A stretch of DNA of 64,000 nt, from NCBI GenBank assembly GCA_965113315.1, contig OZ220363.1; one strand, 5' to 3'. Shown in pieces: positions 41,301-55,729 of this stretch. Both the position numbers and the translations under genes were made by a program. This DNA comes from Podarcis vaucheri. Taxonomy: Eukaryota. Below the pieces are notes generated by a model. The model was not told the origin of the DNA. It saw nothing but the letters and a program-made list of their open reading frames with translations, and made no database searches. How positions within the stretch are numbered: the first letter of the stretch is position 1; the number at the start of each line of letters is the position of its first letter.

Positions 41301-43029
41301 AACTTAAAGTGTCCACCTTACAAGACAAGAGACATTCCACAGTCAATTGGCTGACCTAGCCACATGAGATGGGCAGATATTGATCTGAGCCTTGGTGGGG
41401 GAATCAGTTTAGAGAAACTTGGCAGGAGCCTCTTGGTATGCTTTGTACTTACTGGAGTCTGAGAGTGGCAACAATTCAGCCTTGGCTGCTGGCTGCTCCT
41501 TTCATACTAATGTTTGACCATTCCTTCACAGTTTCTCTCTTAGTTAAACAAAATAGTTTCTCCATGAGATTCAAAGGCATTCTCATTCAAGGGAAAAAGA
41601 TATTGCAAAGGCTGTTTGGAAACAAACATTTTGCTTGGCTCCTGGTATAATTGTGGTACAGTGGTACCTCGCAAGACGAATGCCTCGCAAGACGGAAAAC
41701 TCGCAAAACGAAAGGGTTTTTGGTTTTTTGAGTTGCTTCGCAAGACAATTTTCCCCATGGGCTTGCTTCGCAAGACGGAAACGTCTTGCAAGTTTGTTTC
41801 CTTTTTCTTAAAACCGTTAATACAGTTGTGACTTGACTTCGAGGAGCAACTCATAGCACGCGGGGTGGTAGCCTTTTTTGAGGTTTTTGAAGACTTTGGT
41901 GATTTTTGAAGCTTTTCCAAAACTTTTCCGACACCGTGCTTCGCAAGACGAAAAAAACCGCAAGACGAAAAAACTCACGGAACGAATTAATTTCGTCTTG
42001 CGAGGCACCACTGTATACACTCTAAACCCACTGGTATTTTGATAAATGAGGAAAATGCCCAGAATATAATGTTTGAAGAACAAAGTGAAGGTCTTCAAAA
42101 AACCTGCTCCAGAAGACCCAACCCCATTTGTTGGTATTCGTACAGCCCTTTGGTTATGAGAATTGAGGAAACTAGCATGCTGTCTTTATGTCAAATGAAT
42201 TTTAAATGTATATCAAATGATTTTGGGGGGTGGGAGTGATGCTTCTAGCTGCTGGACAGTCTCTTGGCGATGTCCTGTTGAATACAACATTCTTTCCCTT
42301 GCACTTTTTGGCTAATCTGCTGTATACCACTTAGACATTTTAAACAATAGTCTGATAATGAACATCCTATTCTAATATCCTAATAATGTAGGATGTTTAT
42401 GTGCAATTACAGCGATAGGGAGCTGCAGGGACACACACAATGGTATTCAGGAGTTGGGGGAGGAGACATCCAGTTCATATTGTGTGGGTTCTACTACATA
42501 CTGTTTCCTCTTTTCTTGCAGAGTGTAATACTCTGAACGGATTAGTATCAGAAGTGTTCATCCGTTTCTTTGTGGAGACGATCGGACACTATTCCCTTTT
42601 CCTCACTCAAAATGAAAAGGCTGAGCGAGTCTTCCAAAGAGAAGCTTTCCGCAAATCTGTGGCTTCAAAGAGCATCCGCCGTTTCTTAGAGGTCTTTATG
42701 GAATCTCAGATGTTTGCTGGGTTTATCCAAGATAGAGAACTCCGAAAATGCAGGGCAAAAGGTAAGGCCTGTTCTCTCAACTGTGTGATGGCCTTTTCGT
42801 TTTTTAATGTATTGTAGTACTCATAATTTGCAACTTACAAGCATTTAGCTTGTGCGCATTCAGCTTACACACTTGGCATTTATTTTTAAAGGGAGCGGGT
42901 GTCTAGGAAAAAAGACTTTGGCAATCCCACCCACCATCTCCTAACAGGAGAAAGGCTGATGAATGCTGGGATGAATGAAGACATGGAACATTTGAAAATA
43001 AGGCTTTTGAAATACCCTTCAGAAAACAA

Positions 43030-43097
<68 letters not shown>

Positions 43098-45001
43098 GTC
43101 TCTGGCTGCCACAAAAGTAAGAGCACTAGGTCTTGATCCTCCTTTTTCTTGGAAAAAGACCAATATTTCTCTTTCATCCATTTCCCACAGGTCTCTTTGA
43201 ACAGAGGGTTGAACAGTATTTGGAAGAGCTTCCAGACACTGAACAAAGTGGAGTAAATAAGTTTCTGCGAGGCCTTGGTAAGGAACTTAAAACAGAGGCT
43301 TTGAAATATTGAAACATGTGCATCATGTTGAAAAAATGCTAAGAAAAGGCCCTATTATTTAGCACATTTTTTTCCTGGAGGCTTCTTCATTGTAGCATCT
43401 GGTAGATATGCAAGAGAAGGCAACATTTATTAACAAGTAATGGAAGAGCTTAGCTTCCGCAGAAAGTGCTGACCTATTTAACAGTCCTGGTAACACGCTT
43501 TGCTTCATGATCCAATGCATACAACAACTGAAAATTCTTTAGAAGGGCCTCAGTTGATCAAATGAAATTATAATATATTGTATCTGATAAGCAAAATAAA
43601 ATGTGATTCATAGTACTGTTTTCGTTTTAATATAGGTAGGGAAGGTGTACTTCTTTTAAAAAAAGAAAGAATTGATTTAGCTCTTTGGCTTCTAGATTGT
43701 TGAAATGTTTGTGTTTGTGGGGATGATGAGAGTGGGAGTCCAATAACATCTGTAGGATGCCCCATCCCTGCTTTAGAGTATATGCGAGCCTCTAGACTGA
43801 GGGGAGAAACTATACATGTAGATGAAAAGCAGAAAAGGGTCAAGGACCTGCCGCCCCAAACACACTTAAAATTGCAGTCTCTTTATTTTTTGAAAAAAAT
43901 GGGACTTTGTTTCATTCATTCATTGCATATAGTATAAAGTTCATATAATGTAAAGCTCATGCTTTTCAAAAGAATCAAGGGAGGGCAAAGATATAACAAT
44001 ATACTTTAACAATATGTCCTTAAATGGGATGTGGAGAGGAGGCTGTGTGAGGACTTTAAAAAACAGAGACAGTAAGCTTGTCAACCCAGTACAATTGTAC
44101 AGTAGTGATAAGGAAGACATCATTCCTCTTTGTACACAGAAATTGTTACCTGTGTGCGCGCACTCCATGTACAGTGGTGCCCCGCAAGACGAATGCCTCG
44201 CAAGACGAAAAACTCGCTAGACGAAAGGGTTTTTCGGTTTTGCGTTGCTTCGCTAGACGAATTTCCCTATGGGCTTGCTTCGCAAGACGAAAACGTCTTG
44301 CGCTTTTTTCTTAAAGCCGCTTGAAGAGGCGCAGTTGCGACGGACCGTGCTTCGCAAGACGAAAAACATCGCAAGACGAAAAGACTCGCGGAACTAATTA
44401 TTTTCGTCTTGCGAGGCACCACTGTATGTGTCAGATAGTTCTCCTCTTAATTTTATTATAACGTTTAAGCATGAAAATAAATTTTAAGACATACAGCGGT
44501 ACCTCGGGTTAAGAACCTAATTTGTTCTGGAGGTCCGTTCTTAACCTGAAACTGTTCTTAACCTGAAACTGTTCTTAACCTGAGGTACCACTTTAGCTAA
44601 TGGGGCCTCCCATTCCTGCCGCACCACTGGAGCCCGATTTCTGTTCTCATCCTGAAGCAAAGTTCTTAACCCAAGGTACTATTTCTGGGGTAGCGGAGTC
44701 TGTAACCTGAAGCGTCTATAACCCAAGGTACCACTGTAAAACAAGAGTGTTTCATCATTGTGTTTCATCTCATCTACATAAACCAGGATTGTGGTAGTAG
44801 TGAGTTCTATGCTGCTTTTCAAACTAAATTTCTGAGACACCACCAAGATATAGATTGCATTGTATGCTGTGACCTCTTTACCAAAAAGAAGTTGTGCTGT
44901 TTTGAATTCCTGATGGTTTAAAATGTATATTAATAACTCTATGATATGTCATTTGTGTTATTTCAGGAAATAAAATGAGGTTCCTTCACAAGAAGAATTA
45001 A
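2817..45001 (+). CDS. DENND2B: DENN domain-containing protein 2B (ST5), 3' part: 16 coding exons; gene begins upstream of the window
   Basis: 16 GT-AG exons splice in consistent phase into one ORF matching recalled ST5/DENND2B C-terminal sequence (ENPYEDV...uDENN/DENN/dDENN...GNKMRFLHKKN*); adjacent to RPL27A as in human. Confidence 0.97.
3673..3847 (-). mobile_element. Sauria SINE, 5'-truncated
   Basis: (ACCTTT)n tail read as ggtaaaggtaaagg, core ttccgggtcacgtggccagc; 9-bp TSD ACATAATAG (3664-3672, 3848-3856). Confidence 0.85.
4662..4864 (-). mobile_element. Sauria SINE fragment
   Basis: ttccgggtcatgtggccagcatgactaagccgcttctggcg...tacctatttatctacttgcac shared with 53312 and 63614 copies. 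Confidence 0.85.
5500..6098 (+). mobile_element. CR1 LINE 3' fragment
   Basis: Degenerate ORF2 end (DIVELEKV..KAAKMI; KYFFIKHIVKLWKSL) plus 3' UTR ending gggctcttctta(c)tttcttatg. Confidence 0.8.
6111..6326 (+). CDS. DENND2B: DENND2B exon (LPSKPSSQSLRIGNWSERRSH...RARRVPK)
   Basis: cttag|, |gtaact; 216 nt, phase 0-0. Confidence 0.95.
6410..6540 (+). mobile_element. CR1 LINE 3' UTR fragment
   Basis: Similar to 5920-6098; ends gggctcttcttatgttctta. Confidence 0.65.
6543..6681. other. Assembly gap
   Basis: Run of N. Confidence 1.
6682..7023 (+). mobile_element. Tc1/mariner (Tigger-type) MITE; left end lies in the gap
   Basis: Right TIR ttcgtcttgcgaggtaccactg followed by TA; near-identical to reverse complement of 41659-42013. 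Confidence 0.88.
7971..8067 (+). CDS. DENND2B: DENND2B exon (LVQRINSIYSAKRGKKRLKKLSMSNIETASLR)
   Basis: ttacag|, |gtatat; 97 nt. Confidence 0.95.
9039..9376 (+). mobile_element. Tigger-type MITE with (TTAGCGG)-like internal array
   Basis: TIR CAGTGGTGCCTCGCAAGA.. / ..TCTTGCGGGGCATCACTG; TA TSD. Confidence 0.88.
9683..9727 (+). CDS. DENND2B: DENND2B exon (DENSESESDSDDRFK)
   Basis: ttcag|, |gtgaga; 45 nt. Confidence 0.95.
9889..10142 (-). mobile_element. hAT MITE (same family as 318-640)
   Basis: TIRs CAGGGGTCAGCAAACT / AGTTTGCCTACCCATG; shared body. Confidence 0.85.
11957..12141 (+). CDS. DENND2B: DENND2B exon (HTQRLVHIQSMLKRAPSY...TYQFPK)
   Basis: attag|, |gtaaaa; 185 nt. Confidence 0.96.
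12527..12586. repeat. (GTAG)n(GTAA)n microsatellite
   Basis: Direct reading. Confidence 0.95.
13591..13700 (+). CDS. DENND2B: DENND2B exon (LERPTKQVREAEERLKAIPQFCFPDAKDWNPVSEYN)
   Basis: cacag|, |gtaaac; uDENN FCFP motif. Confidence 0.96.
15407..15476 (+). CDS. DENND2B: DENND2B exon (ETFSFMLTGEDGSRRFGYCRRLL)
   Basis: tacag|, |gtaagt; uDENN motif. Confidence 0.96.
17414..17945. mobile_element. Tigger-type non-autonomous element
   Basis: TIR CAGTGGTACCTTGG.TCTCAAA / TTTGAGAGCCAAGGTACCACTG; TA TSD; internal ~20-bp tandem units 17515-17610. Confidence 0.88.
17951..18459. mobile_element. Possible solo LTR
   Basis: TG...CA bounded, CpG-rich 509-bp block in AT-rich intron; no TSD found. Confidence 0.35.
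19686..19715. repeat. (AC)n microsatellite
   Basis: Direct reading. Confidence 0.95.
21107..21372. mobile_element. Short retroposed insertion, family unassigned
   Basis: 15-bp direct repeat AAGTGCCACACTTTT at 21092-21106 and 21373-21387. Confidence 0.55.
22086..22163 (+). CDS. DENND2B: DENND2B exon (PSGKGPRLPEVYCVISRLGCFDLFSK)
   Basis: gtcag|, |gtaagt; 78 nt. Confidence 0.96.
23927..24067 (+). CDS. DENND2B: DENND2B exon (ILDEVERRRGISAALVYPFMRS...PGAGNE)
   Basis: atcag|, |gtaaaa; 141 nt. Confidence 0.95.
24613..25195 (-). mobile_element. Penelope-like element, 5'-truncated, GIY-YIG endonuclease C-terminus plus 3' pLTR
   Basis: Open frame AIKCQQCPSALYIGQTGQTLRQRINGHKSDI...EAAELQLITKL...PGLN; 15-bp TSD CTTTTGTCATAGTCA (24598-24612, 25196-25210). 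Confidence 0.92.
24667..24706 (-). ncRNA. Putative minimal hammerhead ribozyme in Penelope pLTR
   Basis: gtat-CTGAAGA-a-gtgtgcatgcacac-GAAA-gc-TT-atac on - strand. Confidence 0.6.
25642..25790 (+). CDS. DENND2B: DENND2B exon (VIELQRPMDSRLEHVDF...LLLERRVIFIADKL)
   Basis: ttcag|, |gtaagt; 149 nt. Confidence 0.96.
27223..27546 (-). mobile_element. hAT MITE (same family as 318-640)
   Basis: TIRs; perfect 8-bp TSD GACTAGAG (27215-27222, 27547-27554). Confidence 0.9.
28956..29265 (+). mobile_element. hAT MITE, related TIRs, different CpG-rich core
   Basis: CAGGGGTCGGCAACC / CTTTGCTGACCCCTG; TSD GCATAGAG/GCACAGAG. Confidence 0.85.
29674..29714. repeat. (GAAA)n microsatellite
   Basis: Direct reading. 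Confidence 0.95.
32960..33340 (-). mobile_element. Old L2-like LINE fragment
   Basis: ggctccctaaacagaaacgttttcaggagg...ttccagaaagtgggtgtcactactgagaa resembles the L2 3' region at 35410-35530. Confidence 0.55.
35303..35740 (-). mobile_element. L2-type LINE 3' fragment with (TTA)n tail, interrupted by a Penelope fragment
   Basis: Peptide RAFLVVAPTLWNALPPDV...FRRHLKAALFREAF; (AAT)n 35303-35343; near-identical copy at 58034-58250. Confidence 0.82.
35557..35686 (+). mobile_element. Penelope pLTR fragment with putative hammerhead ribozyme, nested in L2
   Basis: Matches reverse complement of 24613-24706; TSD TTGGCTTCT (35548-35556, 35687-35695); CTGAAGA 35563-35569, GAAA 35585-35588. Confidence 0.85.
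37256..37433 (+). CDS. DENND2B: DENND2B exon (TLSSCSHAVVALLYPFSWQHTFIPVLP...LPVEE)
   Basis: ctcag|, |gtagga; core DENN motif. Confidence 0.97.
38885..39055. other. Assembly gap
   Basis: Run of N. Confidence 1.
39752..39793 (+). CDS. DENND2B: DENND2B exon (ALMVNLGSDRFIRQ)
   Basis: tttag|, |gtactg; 42 nt. Confidence 0.95.
40292..40403 (+). CDS. DENND2B: DENND2B exon (MDDEDTLLPRKLQAALEQALERK...SDE)
   Basis: ttcag|, |gtaaga; 112 nt. Confidence 0.96.
40567..40690 (+). mobile_element. Short A-tailed retroposed insertion
   Basis: 14-bp direct repeat TGTACTTCACAACA (40553-40566, 40691-40704); A-rich 3' end. Confidence 0.55.
41659..42013 (-). mobile_element. Tigger-type MITE
   Basis: TIR CAGTGGTACCTCGCAAGACGAA / TTCGTCTTGCGAGGCACCACTG; TA TSD. 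Confidence 0.9.
42522..42761 (+). CDS. DENND2B: DENND2B exon (CNTLNGLVSEVFIRFFVE...RKCRAK), dDENN
   Basis: tgcag|, |gtaagg; 240 nt. Confidence 0.97.
43031..43093. repeat. (TG)n(AG)n compound microsatellite
   Basis: Direct reading. Confidence 0.95.
43191..43277 (+). CDS. DENND2B: DENND2B exon (LFEQRVEQYLEELPDTEQSGVNKFLRGL)
   Basis: cacag|, |gtaagg; 87 nt. Confidence 0.96.
44172..44424 (-). mobile_element. Tigger-type MITE, short-core variant
   Basis: Same TIRs as 41659; TA TSD. Confidence 0.9.
44494..44736 (+). mobile_element. Tigger-type MITE, second family
   Basis: TIR CAGCGGTACCTCGGGTTA / TAACCCAAGGTACCACTG; TA TSD; inverted copy at 56745. Confidence 0.88.
44967..45001 (+). CDS. DENND2B: DENND2B last coding exon (NKMRFLHKKN*)
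   Basis: ttcag|; TAA at 44999-45001. Confidence 0.95.
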
Positions 45002-45731
45002 TTCATTTCTACTGAAATATGGATCCAAAGACTATTTATGATGCCGGCACAGATCACCACCTACATCTTTTTTTCCAATTCTGATGCTGGAGGGGACAAA
45101 ATTAGCTGGTCACAAGTTTAAGTGACTGCAAATGATGTTTCACTGTGCATCAGCAATAATAATAATAATAATAATGTATTTGGATATTTGTAAATGATGT
45201 GCTGTAAGCGTCCTTAACAAACAAACAAAAATTGTCACGAGCACGGACAACTGTGGTAATATTTGTATATTCCTGAAAATAACAGGTGCTTCTTTCTTTA
45301 GTGCAAACTGAGTTATGCTTGGTGCAAACTGAATAGCTAATTATGTGCAGCCGACTGTCTCAGCGGAACCACTGACTTCATCAGATATTTGTGAGAGCTA
45401 CATGGTGTACTGTGGAAGCGAATGAACTCCAGTGTGGGAATTTGGGGGTGGGGGTATATGAAAGAGGTCTGATTTTTTATATGACAGAGTTTATATTTTT
45501 CTCTAGTGTTTCTTCTAATTAATTTTTCAAGAAAAAGAATAACAACTTATTCTGTAATAAGGTACTTGATTCACAATCACAGATTATCTGCTTTGTTTTA
45601 AATGATGGTCAGTAAATTATAATGCGTTCTGCACTATGATTGCTAAACATGGAGAAATCTCTGGCCTTTTGACACACAGGCTGCAAATGGTGAGGTACAG
45701 TCCATCTTTTTCTAATGTATGTATGATTTCT

Positions 45732-45737
45732 AATAAA
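45732..45737 (+). terminator. Probable DENND2B poly(A) signal
   Basis: AATAAA ~730 nt after the stop, followed by TG/T-rich sequence. Confidence 0.65.
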
Positions 45738-46250
45738 TTGTGTAAATACTTGTGTCAAATGTCATTCATTAGAATTCTTCTGATGTTGGCTGCTGCCTCA
45801 ATACTAAATGAATAACTAGGTTTACTTTGAAGTTGTATAACTTGTGCTGTAAATCCCTTAGAACACAGTGGGATTTCTCCCCCAAGTAGATATTCATAGG
45901 ACTGGGTTTGACAGCCCAAAGTACTAAACCATTGTTTTAAACCTTGTTAGAAGCTAACCTCTGCATCTTGGCAACGCAACAGTCAAACTAATAGAATTTA
46001 CTAACTGCATCCTAAAAATCCTAGGCATTCCACTTGCAGAGTGGGACTTTTGCACCTCCTGAGGGCTGAGTAATTTGTTCCTTTAGGCTTATTCTTTAAA
46101 AAGCTAGAATTCCTGGTCACCCAGTGGAATCTATTGGCATTGCTTTTTAAGCAGACATTACCCAGTTCATTTATGGAATATACTGTACCGGTATTTAAAG
46201 AGAGCCGGGGAACCTGTGGCCCTCCAATGTTATTCAACTCCCATGAGCCC

Positions 46251-46344
46251 CAGAGAAGCATGGTCAGTGGTCAGTCCCAATAACACCTGAAGCACCACAG
46301 AGAAGCATGGTCAGTGGTCAGTCCCAATAACACCTGAAGCACCA
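46251..46344. repeat. Perfect 47-bp tandem duplication inside a hAT-type MITE
   Basis: cagagaagcatggtcagtggtcagtcccaataacacctgaagcacca x2. Confidence 0.92.
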
Positions 46345-47743
46345 CAGGTTTCCTATCCCTGTATTAAAAGATGTAGCAGCGACTATTAGCTTAGATGGGT
46401 TGAGAACTTCATAGACAATTGGTCTACTTAAAAGCAAAAACTTCAAAGTAAATGTTTGTTCATCAGGTCATTTTTTCATTGTTCACAGTGACTTTCTGCA
46501 TATAAAAAAACAGGCCAAACAAAAGAATAAATGGACACGAATCTGTCACCAGAAATGGCAATATTAAAAAGGGATTGGAGGGCATTTTAACTTTCTAGGA
46601 CAGCATGCCTGACCTAAATGCCCCGATAATCGATCAATGGCACTTTAAAGGGAGACTGCAACATAAAACTGGTGAACTACAATTGATCAAGAGGGTCAAT
46701 GTTACCAATGGGAAAAAAAAAACAATCACACTACATGTGTTAATTGGCATACTGATGTCATGATTACCCAGTTGGATTTGTGTGCGTGAAAATGGCCACT
46801 ATTAATAACGCAATTATCACACTGTATTTTTCTGCATTTCCTTTCCTTCGAACCTTACTGTTTAAGGTTCCATACCACCATCGGTACTAGTGGATGTTCT
46901 GCACAATGCCTGTTCCTTTAGTTATGAAATATCAATGTGGTGCAGTGGTTAAATGAAGAATCATCCATTGGGTGGGTGGGGGCGCTATGGGCACCTCTTA
47001 AGAGACCACATCCCATAACCTTGCATGCACCCCCCCCCAACCATCTCCCCAATATGAGTGTTAAAGTCAAGCGCTCACTGAATCCGCTATAGCCTGCTCC
47101 ACATTAAATCCCACACTTAAACCCTTCTACACGTTCTGCCTCACACAGCCCCCTACGCAACTCCACACCCCACTGATATCGCAGACACACACCAAGCACC
47201 ATACTGAAATTCTCACTGATAACACTTCCAGTATTTATTTTCTCACAGAAACACAGTGGGGTTCTTATTCTTATTGTTCTTATTCATCAAGAAAGCAAAC
47301 TAAACCCATGCACTGCACACCAGCTTTTAACCTTTCTTCAACCTCTTTTAACAGCCTAAATTGTGTCCCGTCCCCCTCTTAAAACCCTCAAGTGTTCTCT
47401 TCCAATAACCAACGTTACTCCTACAACGAGCAACAAGACTCTTCTGTAAGACAAGAGGGCACGATCATTTCAGAACAACGCAACGAAAGGAAGCCTGTGG
47501 CTGCGCGCCCTGGCTAAATTTTTGCATCGGCCACCTCTACTTCCGCCCCTCATGCCCCGCACATGGAGGCTTACTCAGAACCGGAAGTGAGGCATGAATG
47601 CGTGAGCGTGAGCTTCGTTGACCCATTCCCCACCCCCAACCCCCGCCGCGCGAGACATCGCGAGAAGAGCGCGCTTCCCCGGTTCTTTTGTGAAAGCTCG
47701 CGAGAGAGGCCTCTCTCTTTCCCTTTGACTCTGGCCCAGCAAG

Positions 47744-52644
<4,901 letters not shown>

Positions 52645-52670
52645 ATGATTTTTCTATGTACCCAGGCTTC

Positions 52671-52676
52671 AATAAA
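52671..52676 (+). terminator. RPL27A poly(A) signal
   Basis: AATAAA 26 nt after TGA, typical short RP 3' UTR. Confidence 0.85.
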
Positions 52677-53311
52677 CACAATTTCAGCTGTGTATTCATA
52701 AGCTTAAAATCTGAAGTGTCTCACTGCCAATTTGAATACTCCTAACTTGATTTTTTTTGGGGGGGGGAGGAGAGGTCCACCGAGAGAATATTTTTTTTTG
52801 TTCGTTGTAAAGATAGGCTTAAGCACATGAACAATGTTTGGTGAAATTCATTGTGTTTGGAGTGTTCTGCATGTGAGAGAGCACCTGCACATGTGCAATT
52901 CAGAGACGATACCAGTGTTTTTTGTCCCTACTGGAAATGTATCTTTCTGTGCCAAGTGGTTGTGGTTGCCCAGAATTTTGATTGTATACCATATATCATG
53001 CCATAGTCTTAAGATGACCATGTTCACATTATTCTGTTTAATGCATAGGCTTTTTAGGTAGTAAACTATGTGCAGTTCACACCAGCAAATGTGAACAAGA
53101 ACAAACTAGCTATATATTAACTTTAAGGAAAAACAAAAACATTGTACAAATCTAGGCAGCTATTTAAGTTGAAATGCTTTTTCTTCAGAATTGAACCATT
53201 CCCTATGCAGGACATAATTTGTGTTAAAATCCATGAAACATACAGTGGAACCTCTGGTTGCGGACGTAATTTGTGACAGGCAACCCACAGCGTTCGCATC
53301 CTGAAGTGCTG

Positions 53312-53570
53312 CAGACAGCTTCCGGGTCATGTGGCCAGCATGACTAAGCCGCTTCTGGCGAAACCAGAGCAGCGCACAGAAACGGCGTTTACCTTCCCGC
53401 CGGAGCAGTACCTATTTATCTACTTGCACTTTCGATGTGCTTTTGAACTGCTAGGTGGGCAGAAGCTGAGACCGAACAACAGGAGCTCACTCCGTTGCAG
53501 GGCTTCGAACTGCGACCTTCTGATAGGCAAGTCCTAGGCTCTGTGGTTTAGACCACAGCGCCACCCCCCA
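53312..53570 (-). mobile_element. Sauria SINE
   Basis: Same core as 4662-4864; preceded by a Tigger-type end at 53243. Confidence 0.85.
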
Positions 53571-53846
53571 AAGCAGCTGAACAAAAGCTCAACAACTTTG
53601 ACCTGAACCCCCCCCCCCCAAAGGGGTAGATCACTGCCAGTTTTTAGCTCTCTTGAGTATATTGCAGTCTCTTGGGAGTTGGCCACCCCTAATATAAAAT
53701 ATCTAAGGGAGGTTGCAAAGACATATATAACAATATGCAAGTTTGAATAATATTACAGAATTCATCCTCCACTGGAATGCATTCCTCAAAATTATATCCT
53801 CATGTAACAAACAAAACCCAAACAACTTCAGCTTTTACACAAACTT

Positions 53847-53852
53847 TTTATT
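53847..53852 (-). terminator. Poly(A) signal of the minus-strand RPL27A-derived unit
   Basis: AATAAA on - strand followed by GU-rich element (gttgtttgggttttgtttgtt). Confidence 0.65.
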
Positions 53853-53980
53853 AATACTTGAGACGAAAGTTAACAATAACTCTCCAAATTTATGGATCCA
53901 CTCTCCTGCTGAACACTTGAAAAGCAGTTGCTTAGGCACTTTCCCCTTCATAGTAATCCTGAGAAGAAACAAATTTGCAA

Positions 53981-54068
53981 AGTCAGTGAATAAAGATCAG
54001 TTTTTCTCTCCGAGTACTATAGCACACCACAATGACTGAAGACATCAAGATGTGACTCTAGTCTCGAT
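53981..54068 (-). ncRNA. SNORA3: Second SNORA3 copy: intact 5' hairpin and H box, 3' hairpin truncated, no ACA box
   Basis: Reverse complement is 51/58 identical to the 5' hairpin of the 50049 copy, then H box AGAGAA (54009-54004) and 19/20 match to the start of hairpin 2; homology stops ~20 nt before a splice acceptor. Confidence 0.85.
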
Positions 54069-55729
54069 TAATTATAGGTACACAAGCTTCTTACTCATTT
54101 ACTGTTTCAACCCAATACATTAATTCTGTCTAGAACTGTAAACACATAATATTTTATTTCACAAACAGAAATATTTATGAAAAACCAAGTGTTAATAAAT
54201 GTTGATATCTACAATACTGACCTTATGCTTTAATAACAAAAGCCATGCTTTTGGTTATCTCACTATTTTTAAGGATGTACTTCCATGGTTGTGCACTCTT
54301 CCAACACTACCCAGGCTTCTGGGTACAGTATTTCACATTTCCCTAAAATATAAGTAATGAAGATTATAAAATAATCTTGCAGATTTTCTAAATAATGAAA
54401 TATGCACAAAGAAAGCCACAGAATCTAGAATGCTGGGATTCTACATGTTTGATGTATAAAGTTAAGCTGTTGCTCTCAAAAAATTACTACAGGACACAAT
54501 AACTGACAATATATAAAAGTGACTAAACAATTATTCTACACAGTTTTCACAGCTGCAAGTTGTTTCAGGAAAGGGTTCTCATTAAGGCCCTTCAAGCATT
54601 AAGCACATGAAGCATGGGGATGTGCTCACAGGCTTCACCCTCTCTTACATGGTCCCATCACTGACCTCACAGCCCTTTGGGAGCTTGTTCTACTTGTTTA
54701 GGTTCCCCACACAAGTTAGGGCCACTATTGTGCAGGCTTCCCACTCTAGTACTTCAGCCCTCAAGGTATCCAGCGGCAATATGAAGAACGGGGCAGGCCA
54801 ATGAGCACCTCCTCATCCATGCAGCAATAACCATGTGATGGTGGGCGAAGAAATCAGAAATTCCTCATTGAATTTCTCAACCACCTTGCTGTCTGACTGT
54901 ATATGAGATTAATCGTTTACTCTGTGCCAGTCAGGAACAAGCAGAAAACACACTCTTCAATAACTAGGCAAGGCTTTTTCATTGGATCATTTATTGGTCA
55001 AAGGCAAACAGAGCTTTCTTCTTTAAGACTATTTTCAAATTAATCATTTCAGTTGTAAGCCACCGGCACAAACAAGAAAAGCATATACGAATACAATGAA
55101 CCTGTACTTGTTTTTTCGACATTAAAAGACTTGTTGGACAGGGCCAGAGATCCATGGGCATCCAGAATTTTGGACTGTAGCCAATGTTAGTCCTACTCAC
55201 AGTTAATGTACCTAAATCAGTCACATCTATTAATTTCAATAGGTCAACTGTATATCCTTGACTAAAGCCTTTTGTTTCCAGCTGGGGCCAAGCAAATGCT
55301 TCTGGAAGGCATATACAACAGTCCTTTCCTATCATGTGCAGAAGCATCAGGTATACAAAGTAGACTGCCTCTGAACGTAAAGATTTAATTCATCTGCAAC
55401 AGTTTTAATAGCAGCTAGTATCTATAAATTTTGCAAAGCTGGCACAAACCTGGACTTGACGCTACAGCCATCGAGCCGCATACGAGGGGGAGCCCATTCG
55501 CCGCCTACAGAACACAACTTCAGTTCGCTTCCCTTCTGTTCCTGGTCACAGGCATGGCCGAATCGCCCGATAAATTTACTTATCTTCCTCATCGTGAAAG
55601 CCTGGAAAGATTAAAAACAAAACCACTGTACTTTGCACGCTTAAGGGTGGAAAACGGAGGTTGTTTTACCCAAATACTATTTATTTTTCTTCTTTTAAAA
55701 ATAATTTTTTTAAAAAATATCAATTAAAT

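Noticed and set aside
55185-55265. Possible third snoRNA in the minus-strand unit (agtcacatcta match)
   Set aside because: Sequence fits the short palindromic ...attaatttcaatagg... repeat seen elsewhere (e.g. 12960-13040); no guide or H/ACA layout
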